From contig JAUZTB010000118.1 of NCBI GenBank assembly GCA_034780895.1, positions 48,651,396-48,715,395 of the forward strand: a stretch of DNA of 64,000 nucleotides, read 5' to 3'. The notes under the pieces are model-generated. The model had not been told where the DNA came from and made no database searches. It saw only the letters and a program-made list of their open reading frames with translations. The stretch is from Rhynchobatus australiae (taxonomy: Eukaryota). Below are positions 51,210-61,975 of this stretch, one piece after another. Within the stretch, counting starts at the first letter, position 1. The number at the start of each line of letters is the position of its first letter. The position numbers and the translations under genes are program-made.

Positions 51210-51604
51210 CAGTAAATCACTGATAATCTGGCAGTTTTGGGACATCGATAGTGCCAGATCAGCATTTTCCAGACTATTGAATATTACTCCTATTGTTATA
51301 CAGAATATTTCATTTTTTTTTAAACATGTTAACATATAATAAACATTCCGGTGAACCCAGTGAATTTAAAGGGAGCAGGGAAGAGACATATACTTCAGAC
51401 CCCAGTGCCATCTGAAAACCTCCCCACATTCCTAATCCCTTGTGTTCTAGATTCTAATCTCTGACTCCGGCTGCTCTCCAGACCCTCAGCTCTTGCTACG
51501 CAACCACTTGCACTCTGGATCCCAGGCTCCCATTCCAGACCAATGAATGAATCAGATGGCAAACCATCAGAACAATCGGTTGCCAGATTATCAGAGTTTT
51601 ACAA
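51210..51604. mobile_element. Tigger/pogo-like MITE
   Basis: TA+cagtaaatcactgataatctggca at left and tgccagattatcagagttttac at right (inverted repeat). The right terminus is degenerate. Confidence 0.7.
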
Positions 51605-51669
51605 TTCTCAATATGTAAAGAATGAAACTTTCAGTTTTTAAAACCATTAACTAATTAATCGTTGCTTAA

Positions 51670-52485
51670 AAGGTACAGCAGGATATAGATTAAATGGAAA
51701 ATTGGGCAGAGCATTGGGAGATGCTTAACACCAGTGAGTGCAAGGAGATTCATTCTGGGAAGTCAAAATAGGCAATAGGGTATATACAATAAATGGTAGG
51801 GCACTAAGGTGTGTTGATGAACAGAGGGACCTTGGAATTCAAGTCCATAGTGCTCTAAAAGTGGCAACACAAGTAGACAAGTTGGTGAAGGCAGCATATG
51901 GCATGCTTGCATTCATAGGTAAGGGTATAGAATATGAAAGTTGACATTATGTTGCACTTTTATAAAATACTAGTAAGACTGCACTTGGGAGCACTATGTG
52001 CAGTTCTGGTCCCGACGCTATGGAAAGGATGTGGTTGTGCTGAACAGAGTGCAGAGATGATTCATCAGGACGTTGCCTGGATTGGAGGACTCAAGTTTAT
52101 GGAGAGAGATTGGATAGGCTGGGCTTCTTTGTCCTGGAGCCAAGGTGGCCAAGAGGTGACCTGACAAGGTATATAAAATTGAGAGCCATAAATAGGGTAA
52201 ACAGTCAGAATCATTTCCCCATGGTAGGGGTATCAAAAACAAGAAAGCAGAAAGGTTTAAGGTGAGAAGGAGATTTAAAGGGGATCTGAGGGGCAAGTTC
52301 TTCTTTTATACAGAGTGGTTGATACCTGGAATGCTCTGAGGACGTTGGATCAAATACAATCACTTCATTTAAGAGCCATTTAGACAGGTACTTGATTAGG
52401 CAATGCATAAAAGGATAAGAACCTTTGTGAGCATTTGGAATTGGTGCAGATGAGCAACAAGACCTGTTCCTGTGCTGTACATCTC
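51670..52485 (+). mobile_element. CR1 3' portion
   Basis: ORFs YTINGRALRCVDEQRDLGIQVHSALKVATQVDKLVKAAYGMLAFIGKGIEY and FYKILVRLHL, typical of the CR1 ORF2 C-terminus. Confidence 0.92.
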
Positions 52486-53308
52486 TTACTAATGCTCCTA
52501 CCCGTAAACAATGAACTAGCTAAAAGTTTTTTAAACTACATATACAAGACTCCGAATTGCAATATTTCATAATGTCGATTATGCATTTTACTTCAGTAAG
52601 AATGGATATTAAGCACAAAATATTAGCAAATCTCACATCTATCTGCACAAAATAAAATGCCTGGTCATTGAAGTGACAGGTAGTATTGAGGATGAGCAGG
52701 TGGGGACAGACAAATAAAAACTAGATTTTAGGAGGCTCAGGGGGAGGGGCACTGCATAACATTGAATATGCTTACATTATTTATTATCATTACCAATTGC
52801 CTAAACTTTTAATAATTTTTAAAAACTTGCCTAAATAAAAAATCTTGATAAAGAACCAAACCAAATCAATTTTTTAAAAATGTTCAAGCCTCATCAAATG
52901 CTAATTGGACAAAGTCCCCTTTAAAACAGCCTTGTAAGCTTATTTACGTTAAAGTAATTATACATTTGCAAGCTGATTACAGACCTAAAAAGTTGCTGTT
53001 CAAAAACTATGCCAATAAACATTAAGCAGCAATCATTGACTGATTTCAGTGCACATTTCTCAATCAGCTTATTCTCATGAACTCATTAGTGATGATAAAA
53101 ATTTAACTGTTAAATCTGCCACTCAAGATGCAGAGATATTAATTCTTCCCTCCCCCCAGCCCATAACAACTGGCAAGAACTTGGAAGGATAGTAGATGGA
53201 TAAGAAAGAGGTAGAGTGAGGAAAAAAGATAAGCAAGTCTAAAATTTGTAAAATGCATTCTAAATTCTCTTTTGGAATAATTTGTCTGATATTATAATAC
53301 CCACTCAC

Positions 53309-53529
53309 TGTGCACACATGGGTCCAATGTTCTAACTGCTTTAAAACATCTTGCTGGAGATCCTCATTGAACATCTTTCTGTACAATTGTGGCAATTTTG
53401 AGAACCAAATTCCATTGGTATATTTGCACATGATTTCCTTCAGTCGAGATTGCACCAACTCACTATTGTAGTTTGACTGAAGAGCTGATGAATCATATTT
53501 TCCCGTATCCACGGCATCACTCCAAACAG
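53309..53529 (-). CDS. TDRD7: TDRD7 coding exon, LOTUS/OST-HTH domain 2
   Basis: Translates VWSDAVDTGKY...VQSRLKEIMCKYTNGIWFSKLPQLYRKMFNEDLQQDVLKQLEHWTHVCT. Acceptor ctctctttttcaaatttgtAG, donor GTGAGT. Phase 1 in, phase 0 out. Confidence 0.95.
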
Positions 53530-53989
53530 CTACAAATTTGAAAAAGAGAGTTTATCAAAACCCACAATAAGCTGCCTTTACTAAACCAAAAATCACAGGA
53601 CCAATGATAAAAGCTGTTATAATTAATATTCAATTAATATAATATTGTTATATTGAGCTATTGGGGCTTACACTGTTTAATTAGTCAGGCAAAGTGCAGG
53701 CCAGTCAAATGTTGAATCCAAGGAAGAAAAGTTGGGAGCAACCAAATGTTTGGTCAAGGAGCAGAGATTTTATAACTCCTAGGAAGTGGAAAGACTAGAG
53801 CATATTCCATGTTTGGGGCCTAGAAAGACAGACATGCAAAGCTGTGGATAAGAGGCAGACAGAGGGAAAGGTACTTCAAGCACAGAATTCTGCAATAACC
53901 ATAATGCAGTTTTGATGGTGCTGTGCCACTGCCTTTTCTCAACGAGTCTTTTTGGTATGTATGAGGTCCAATTGGTGCTCCTGAAAATC

Positions 53990-54195
53990 AAGAATGTTTC
54001 CCCCATTGTCCTAGCCACTATTCACCTTCACTGAACATTCCTCAAACAAGATTATTAAACCACTGTTCATAGGAGAGAGCTGTACACAAATTAGCTGCCA
54101 TATTTCTTAAAGTAGTTAAGAGATTTGAAAACCCATTGGCTCCAAAGTGAATTCGCATATCCTGAAGTCTGAAAGACTTTATAAAAGTTCCTTTA
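53990..54195 (+). mobile_element. DeuSINE remnant
   Basis: tttcccccattgtcctagccactattcacc...gctgtacacaaattagctgccatatttc...cattggctccaaagtg. Confidence 0.6.
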
Positions 54196-54904
54196 AAATG
54201 TTCTTTTAAAGATTAGTGACTGAGAGCCAATGTACATTTAGCAAAAACCTGACATGGGTGAAAAGAATAATTTTGGAAGAAATTAAGTTTGCTTAATATG
54301 AAAGATAGAAAGCCCAGAACAACACTGAAATAGCTATGATGGGCTGGCTAAGACATTGGCTATGATCAATGAATCAAGTTGCACTACCATTTTACTGTTA
54401 CATTAATTTTTTTAAATCAGAAACAATTTTGCCAACATATCTAATATCCTATTAATATTAACAGATCCTGCAAAAATTTTTACAAATTAGAGCAAGTGTG
54501 CAGACAGAGCAGTATCTTTCAGATTATTTGCTGTTAGCCTCACAAATACAAGACAGAAGGTCTACAAAGATGAGGGTGGTTGAATTTATACTTAAACAAT
54601 GATGCTCAAAGGCCACCTGGTAAACATTTGCCAAAGGAAGAAAGCAGAAAGTGATGAAAAACTAACATTCACAAAACAGTGAAAATGTTCTTGAATTTCC
54701 ACGAAATCAATTTCACCTGAAGTATTTGGCCAAGGGATTAAGCAAAATATAAATGTAATTTAAAAGGAATAAGAAAGGAACATTGAGAGCAACTAAAACA
54801 AACATCAGGAAAAAATATACAGCAACATGTGGCTGTTGGAAGAGACCTGGAAATTCATCAAGGCCAGAGCTGTCAACAACTCCACTGAATGTGTTGATTC
54901 TGCT

Positions 54905-55410
54905 TTCTTTTTCAATCTTTTTATTAATTTTCAAATTAATACAGAATAATACATATAACATTGGTAATTATACACATAATACAAAGATCAGGAGGGCAAT
55001 CATGACATATATTGTTATAAAGAATAAAAAGGATATATTCTAAGCCCCACGGTTTCTTAGTAAATGAATATATTACAAAAAAACAAAACAAGAAAGTAAA
55101 AGATTTGTTATAAAAAACCCAAATTGAAAAAAATAAGTAATAAAACAAAACAAATGAAAGAAATAAATTTCAGAAGAAAAAAAACTGGACTGACATTTCT
55201 CAATAAACAAAGAGCATTATTCTGTTGTCAACTCCGCTCCTCTAAGTTCAGAGATTATTGAAAAGGGATCTATATCATATGAAAATATTGAATGAATGGA
55301 CTCCAAACTTCCTCAAGTTTAAGCAAAGAATCCACAGTGCCACTCCTAATTTTTTCTAAGTTTAAACATGATATAGTTTGAGAAAACCATTGAAAAGTAG
55401 TGGGAGGTAT
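54905..55410 (-). mobile_element. L1-clade LINE 3' end (ORF2 C-terminus, 3'UTR, poly(A) signal)
   Basis: IPPTTFQWFSQTISCLNLEKIRSGTVDSLLKLEEVWSPFIQYFHMI* resembles the fish L1 ORF2 end (PP...W......LEKIR......W.PF). T-rich UTR and AATAAA near 54919-54924. Confidence 0.8.
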
Positions 55411-55451
55411 NNNNNNNNNNNNNNNNNNNNNNNNNNNNNNNNNNNNNNNNN

Positions 55452-56045
55452 CACAGTTGACCACTTCCTCCTCCTCCATATCCTGTCCATTATTCATGAT
55501 GGGCAAGACAGCCCTTGCTTAGTTCCATTTTTAAAATACCACGTTGCTGGAGAATCAGTTGCTGTTCCTTTTCTTCCCATTCTCAAATCCTTTTCTCTTA
55601 AATCCAAGGACTATCCTTCGAACTGCTCATCTTTTTATCCATTTGATGTTATCTGCACTGCCTCATTTGTCGGACTTCTTGCCCAAATTGTGGTTGAGCA
55701 GAAACATCCTCCAATTTAGTAATCGGAAAGACCAAAACCTGCATTTCACCTCCCACAACAGACCCGAACTTCCAGTCCCATTCCATTCCTTGGCAGATGT
55801 TTGACCCCAACCTAAAATACTTGCATCTATACTAATTGAGTAGAACTTCCAATACCACATCCTTCCCTTTGCCTAAAGTTCTACTTTCAGTTCTACATGC
55901 CTGAATTTATCAACATTTAATTCTATATTTTACTGTTCTAATGTTCTCCTGGCTTATCTCCTACCCTGTGTCCTTGGTAAACTTTCAGTCATCCAAAATT
56001 GCACTGCTTGTATCCTAACTTGCATCATGCTGTTTACCCACCTGT
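55452..56045 (+). mobile_element. Decayed L2 LINE RT fragment
   Basis: acagttgaccacttcctcctcctc (TVDH.LLL), and tactgttctaatgttctcctggc...aaactttcagtcatccaaaattgcactgcttgtatcctaact (YCN.LL..KLQ.IQN.AA..LT-like). Confidence 0.65.
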
Positions 56046-56059
56046 CTGTTCTTCAGTAT

Positions 56060-56890
56060 TAGTTCTTACAGTGACTTGTTTACAAGGACACACAGATCCT
56101 TTTGAACATCATTTTTTTTTGTAAATGGTGAGAAATTAGCGATCTCTTTTCTTCTAAGGTGGATACTCTCTCACTTTCCACATTGTGCACCATCTGCTAT
56201 GTTGTTGCGCACTTACTCATCTCTGTATCCTCTTAGCATCCTTATCACTAATCACATTCTCACTTAAGCACTGATCCATGTGGTACTCTACTAGTCACAG
56301 CCTGCCAGCCCGAAGGATCCATTTATTCTAATGGTGTTTTCTCTCAACTAAATCAATCCACACTAATATAACCACCAATTCCATATACTCAAACTTATTC
56401 ATTTATCTACTATGCAATCTCATTCAGAAATTCCAAATAGCCTCACTTCCACTGATTCCTCCCACTGGATCCACCAAGGGTCCAATAGTTTACTTAAATG
56501 TGATTTTCCTTTCATATATCCATATTGACTCTGCTCATTATTAGTTTCTAAGTATCTTGGCATGATCCTTTATTATACACCAGCATTTATCAACTAGCAG
56601 GCAAATGGATTGGTTGCTTTCCCTCTCAAATTATTACCTCTGATCTGCAAAAACCAAACCTCAGAATTTACAGAATTTTAGAATAACTCCACAGCTACCT
56701 CTCTCAAAAGGTCTGTAATGAAGCTCATCAGGTCCTTGAGATCCATCAGTTTTCAGGCTCATTAACTTCTCCAGTAGTACTCCTCTACTAATACCTTTTA
56801 CTTCCTCGTTACAAGACCCTTGGTTCTTCAGCACTTCTGGGAAGTTTTGTGCATCTTCTTTCATGAAGACAGACACGAATATTTGCTTCC
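56060..56890 (-). mobile_element. Decayed CR1 RT fragment
   Basis: ORF 56661-56924 VLLEKLMSLKTDGSQGPDELH (K..KS.GPD.LHP motif). Confidence 0.75.
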
Positions 56891-57329
56891 AAAATATCAA
56901 TTGCAAATAACAAAGATACCACATTTAATCAACAAAAAAGCATTTACAACATCTTAGTTCTGCAGCATCTCTTCATATAACTACCATACCAAAAACTGTG
57001 ATAGCAGTTAACCAAAACATCAGCACCGGTGTGATTTACGTATGAGCTACACATTTCTTTAACCCTTAATTTACTTGGGCAAACCTCCCAAAATTACCTT
57101 ATGATTACAATTTTACAACTATATACAAATAAAAGATGAAGGCTTTGCAGTCCTAATCTATGGAACTTCTTCTTTGAACTAAAGCCTCTAACCTTAAATT
57201 TAATAAAATTCTCTAAAACCTTTCACCAAGTGTTTGATCACCATGCACAAAATCTCCTTATGCTATTTGCATCTAATTTCCTTCAATTTGACAGCTTTGA
57301 TACATTTTAGGACATTTCTTCATAAAATC

Positions 57330-57815
57330 AGAGTTAAACAGCACAGAAACAGGCCCTTCAACCCAACATCCATGCTAAGCAAGTTGCCTTTCTGTATTTG
57401 GCCCACACCCCTGTAAACCTTTCCGAAGTACCTGTAAAAATGTCTTGATAATGTTATTAATGGACCCTACCACTGCCTCTGGCAGCTTGTTCCACATACT
57501 CACCACCCTGTGTGAAAACATTGCCCCTCAGGTCCCCTTTAAATCTTTCCCCTCTCACCATAATTTTATGCCCTCTAGTTTTAGACTCCACTACCCTAGG
57601 TAAAAGACCGACATCCCTATTCATTCCATTATTTTGTTAACCTCTATAAAGTCACCCCTCAGCCTCCTTTGCTCCAGGGAATAAAAGTTCAGCCTGTCCA
57701 TTTGCTCTTTATAACTCAAGCAGTCCAGTCCTGGTAACATCCTTATGAGACTTTCCTGCACCATTTCCAGCTTAATGACATCCTTCCTCTATAGCTAGGC
57801 AACCAGAACTGCAAT
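57330..57815 (-). mobile_element. CR1 3' region
   Basis: acagcacagaaacaggcccttca...caccaccctgtgtgaaaacattgcccctcaggtcccctttaaatctttcccctctcacc...gcaaccagaactgca. Confidence 0.88.
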
Positions 57816-57959
57816 ATATTATATATAATGGTATTAAATAAACTTTAAAAATTGAAATACATTGATCTTGTCACAAAGATCATGTGGACAAGGGGTCAAA
57901 CTGCAAATACAGAGGGACTTCAAAGATAATTAAAGTTGAAAAAGGTAACAGTGAACTCG

Positions 57960-58178
57960 TACTAGTGATTTAGAGCTCTAAACAGTGATTCAGGGGCACA
58001 AATTCTATTCCTAGCATGGCAACTAAGGAACTTAAATTCAATTAAGTAACATGGAATTAAATTAACTACAGTGATGATGATCATAAAGCTAGCAGACTGG
58101 TACAAAACCCATTTGTTTCAATGTTCCTGAGAAAAGAAAATCTGCTATTCTAGGTCAGATTAGCCCATATGTCACTCC
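57960..58178 (+). mobile_element. SINE related to 49265-49592
   Basis: catggcaactaaggaacttaaattcaatt...aaaacccatttgtttcaatgttcc...aaatctgc. Confidence 0.6.
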
Positions 58179-58379
58179 NNNNNNNNNNNNNNNNNNNNNN
58201 NNNNNNNNNNNNNNNNNNNNNNNNNNNNNNNNNNNNNNNNNNNNNNNNNNNNNNNNNNNNNNNNNNNNNNNNNNNNNNNNNNNNNNNNNNNNNNNNNNNN
58301 NNNNNNNNNNNNNNNNNNNNNNNNNNNNNNNNNNNNNNNNNNNNNNNNNNNNNNNNNNNNNNNNNNNNCATTCAGCAAC

Positions 58380-58740
58380 CAACAATCTGGTGCAGGAACT
58401 CAGCAGATCAAGCAGCATCTGTGTGTGGGGGGGTGGGGGGGAAGAAACTGTCAACATTTTGGGTTGAAACCCTACATCAGCATTAAAAGTAGAGGGGGAG
58501 AAAGGTGAGTATAAAGAAGGGGAGTGGTGAGAGGGAGGCCAGTAGATGATTGGTAGACTGAGGGGTGAAAGATGATTGGCAGATCAAGCCAGATAGGGGA
58601 GAGGGAGGAGTAGAGTTGGGAGACATAAGTGGATGTCAGATTGAGGCAGTTGGCACAGAAGGGACAGTGAATGTGGAGACACAAGGAGCGTAACAAACGG
58701 GAACAAAGGGTACCATTGCTGGAATCTGATATGTCAGGAA
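58380..58740 (-). mobile_element. Penelope-like terminal region
   Basis: tgcaggaactcagcagatcaagcagcatctgtg...gtcaacattttgggttgaaaccctacatcag plus a purine-rich tract. Confidence 0.72.
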
Positions 58741-58779
58741 GATGATAGTGGTTCCAATTGCCCTTCACCTTTACCCTAA

Positions 58780-59272
58780 TAGTACAATACAGGAACAAAC
58801 CCTTCGGCTCACCTTGTCTGTGCTGACCATAATGACAATCTAACCAATCCAATCTGCCTGTACATGGTCCATATTCCTCTAATCGCTTCTTGTTCATGTG
58901 CCTGTCTAAATGCCTCTTCAATGTTGCTATTGTATTTCCTTCTACCACCTCCCCTGTCAGCACTTTCCAGGCATTTACCACTCTGTTGTAAACAAAAACT
59001 TGCCTTACACACCTCCTTTAAACTTTCCCCCTCTCACCTTAAACCTATGCTCTCTAGTATTTGACATTTCTACCCTGGGAGAAGACTCTGATCACAGTCA
59101 TCTACACCTCTCAATTTTATACACTTTTCAGGGCACTCTTCAGCCTCTGGCACTCCAGAAAACACAATCCAAATTTGTCCAACCTCTCTTTATAGCTAAT
59201 ACGTCGCAGAAGAGGCAACATCCTGCTGAACCTCTTCACCACCTTCTCCAGAGTCTTCATATCCTTCACACA
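58780..59272 (-). mobile_element. CR1 3' region
   Basis: ORF 58472-58981 VNAWKVLTGEVVEGNTIATLKRHLDRHMN, the canonical CR1 ORF2 C-terminus. Confidence 0.9.
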
Positions 59273-59289
59273 GTGACTCTAGACCGAGA

Positions 59290-59650
59290 AAGGTATTGCA
59301 TAAAGCACGAGGAAGAAATCCAGTTGATCTCATCCTCAATCTAGAGGTTACAAATGCATCAATCCATGACAGAATTCATAGTTCACATCACTCCAACACT
59401 CCTTAATGCAGATGAAGTTCTACCTTCACAATGAAGACACTCTCCAATGGGTTATGTGGTACTACCCACTACTATAGGAGATAGATTTTGGAAGCTCAAA
59501 ATAGGACATCATGAGAACCTGTAGGCAGCAGCAGAATTGTATTTCTTCATTCCCCCATTACCTATTACAGGGGACCTACCCTCCTATAATGAGAAGTGCA
59601 TACCAGGAGTTGTACAATGCTAAAAGCAAGGTGCCAACTGGGGAAAAACA
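59290..59650 (+). mobile_element. Decayed internal LINE fragment, probably the 7900-8550 family
   Basis: gatctcatcctcaatct (DL.L.N)...gcatcaatccatgacag...gcagcagcagaattgtatt...ggtgccaact. Confidence 0.5.
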
Positions 59651-60171
59651 AAAATCACACTGGCCAAAAAAGGAAATTATTGGAAATGGGGCCAAATGAA
59701 GGTGCAGGTCTTGTGGAAGAAAGGAGGACAAGGAGTCTGCAGGAAGGCTTGGCCCAGTGACCTGTAGAAAAGGGAAGCAGTTAAAGAGTTGTTTTACATC
59801 TCATTGACAAAGAAACCAACAAACTCCTCATGCTTAAGATGGACACTGGTGGACATGCAGGGATAGGACAGAAGATAGCTGCAGCTATCCTGAAGTTGTG
59901 ATCTGATTAGTCACGAGGGACATTATCTGATAGCAATTCAGGTGGTTATGGAATATTCATAAATGTATGGCTGAATGCTCCTGCCATTGACATACACCAC
60001 GTCCTTTGGACTTGAGTGTTAATCTGAGGTTTCTCTCCAGATAAGCACGAGATTTTAAACTTCAGGGAAAACACTTCATAAATCAGTGTCAGATTTAATT
60101 TCTTGATATCATCAGAATCACATTCAATGTAAAATTAGGAACTTAATTCAATTATTTGACAATGGTTTGCC

Positions 60172-60340
60172 ACGTCAGCCATGGCTCGTGGTCAAATTCT
60201 TGTCAGACAGTCAAAATGTATAGGGTTCAGTTCCAACCCCAGGAAACAAGGACAAAACTTATGGTGTCAAGCCAGTAATGTACAAAGCAAGCACTGCCAT
60301 CATTTTAGTGAGAAATTAACCACTGGCTCTTTTTGCCTTT
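60172..60340 (+). mobile_element. DeuSINE-like 5' half
   Basis: gtcagccatggctcgtggt...gtcaaaatgtatagggttcagttccaaccccagga...gcactgccatcattttagtgagaaattaacc. Confidence 0.5.
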
Positions 60341-60344
60341 TTGG

Positions 60345-60722
60345 TAGATGGCTCAGAAAGGCAGCATCCATCGTCAGGGACCCCCACCATCCCGGCCATG
60401 TCCTCATCTTTATGATGCCATCAGGCAGGAGGTACAGGAGCCTTAAGATCCACACCTCAAGGTTCAACAAGAGGTTCTTCCCTACTACCATCAGGATCAT
60501 GAACTGACCAAGAAACCTTAACATTACCCCTGACAATATTTTTTATTCTATCTTGTGCTGGGGTCATGACATTTATTTTGTAAATTATATACCATTTATG
60601 TTAAATTAAGTTTGTTAATTTATTTGTCCTCATCTTGTAATGTGCTGCTGCAAAAAGCCATTTCTCATGGCAGTTATACTCTGCGTATGTATGCCTCTGA
60701 CAATAATAAACTGGAACTTGAT
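60345..60722 (+). mobile_element. Rex1/Babar-like LINE 3' end
   Basis: RWLRKAASIVRDPHHPGHVLIFMMPSGRRYRSLKIHTSRFNKRFFPTTIRIMN* (DP.HP.H.LF..LPSGRRYRS motif), then a UTR ending gacaataataaactggaacttg. Confidence 0.85.
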
Positions 60723-60799
60723 ACAAAAGGTGCCACTGCAATTTTCAAAATGAAAAGATACCATGCGCTGCTAGTGGAAGAAATGAATGTTGAGGGTGC

Positions 60800-61750
60800 T
60801 TCATAGGGTGTCTGTCACCAAGGCTGCTTTGTCCTGGTGGCGTGGAGCTTCTTCAGAGTTGCTGGCACTGTACTCATCCAGGCAAGTGGAGAGTATTCCA
60901 TCTCACTCATGACTTGTGCCTTNNNNNNNNNNNNNNNNNNNNNNNNNNNNNNNNNNNNNNNNNNNNNNNNNNNNNNNNNNNNNNNNNNNNNNNNNNNNNN
61001 NNNNNNNNNNNNNNNNNNNNNNNNNNNNNNNNNNNNNNNNNNNNNNNNNNNNNNNNNNNNNNNNNNNNNNNNNNNNNNNNNNNNNNNNNNNNNNNNNNNN
61101 NNNNNNNNNNNNNNNNNNNNNNNNNNNNNNNNNNNNNNNNNNNNNNNNNNNNNNNNNNNNNNNNNNNNNNNNNNNNNNNNNNNNNNNNNNNNNNNNNNNN
61201 NNNNNNNNNNNNNNNNNNNNNNNNNNNNNNNNNNNNNNNNNNNNNNNNNNNNNNNNNNNNNNNNNNNNNNNNNNNNNNNNNNNNNNAGATGAAGAAATGA
61301 CCGAGAGTGGCAATAGCTGGATCCCCAGACTTGTTCTAGTTGCCATAGTATTTGAGTAAATTGTCCAGTTGAGCTCTGGTCAATGACAAATTGCAGGATA
61401 TTGATGGAGTCTCAGCAATAGTAATGCCTTTGAATGTCATGGAGAGATGGCCAGACTCTTATTGCAGATGGTCATTGCCAGGCAAATCTCTGGCATCAAT
61501 GTTACTTGTCATTCATTAGCACATGGTCAAATGTTAACTTGGTCTTGCAGCATGAAGTCATGGACTACTTCATTTGCTGAGATGCAGCAAGTGAGACTGA
61601 ACAGTGCACAAGTAAACATTCATGCCTTTGACCTCATGGAGAATTAGGTCATTGACAAAAGAGCTGAAGATAGTTGTGCTGAGGAAACTGCCGAGGAACT
61701 ATAGTGATGCCCTGGGACTGGGATAATTAACATCCAACAACCACATTCCT
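60800..61750 (-). mobile_element. Decayed LINE RT, same family as 7900-8550
   Basis: atggtcattgccaggcaaatctctggcatcaatgttacttgtcatt is the reverse complement of 8120-8165, and ctgaggaaactgccgaggaact corresponds to VPQGS.L. Confidence 0.75.
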
Positions 61751-61829
61751 TAACATCAAGTTTAACTCCAAACACTTAAAATGTTTTCCTTTTCATGTCC
61801 ATTGTCTTCACATTTATTACTCTCTCTGC

Positions 61830-61975
61830 CCAGGACCACAAGAAGCTGCAGAGTTGTGGACATAGCCCAGTACATCACGGACACCAGCCTCTCCTCCTTG
61901 GACTCTGTCTTTACCTCTTGTTGTCTTGGTGAAGCAGCCAGCATAATCAAAGACCCCATCCACCCGGGTCATTCT
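61830..61975 (+). mobile_element. Rex1/Babar-like LINE fragment
   Basis: RVVDIAQYITDTSLSSLDSVFTSCCLGEAASIIKDPIHPGHS. Confidence 0.82.
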
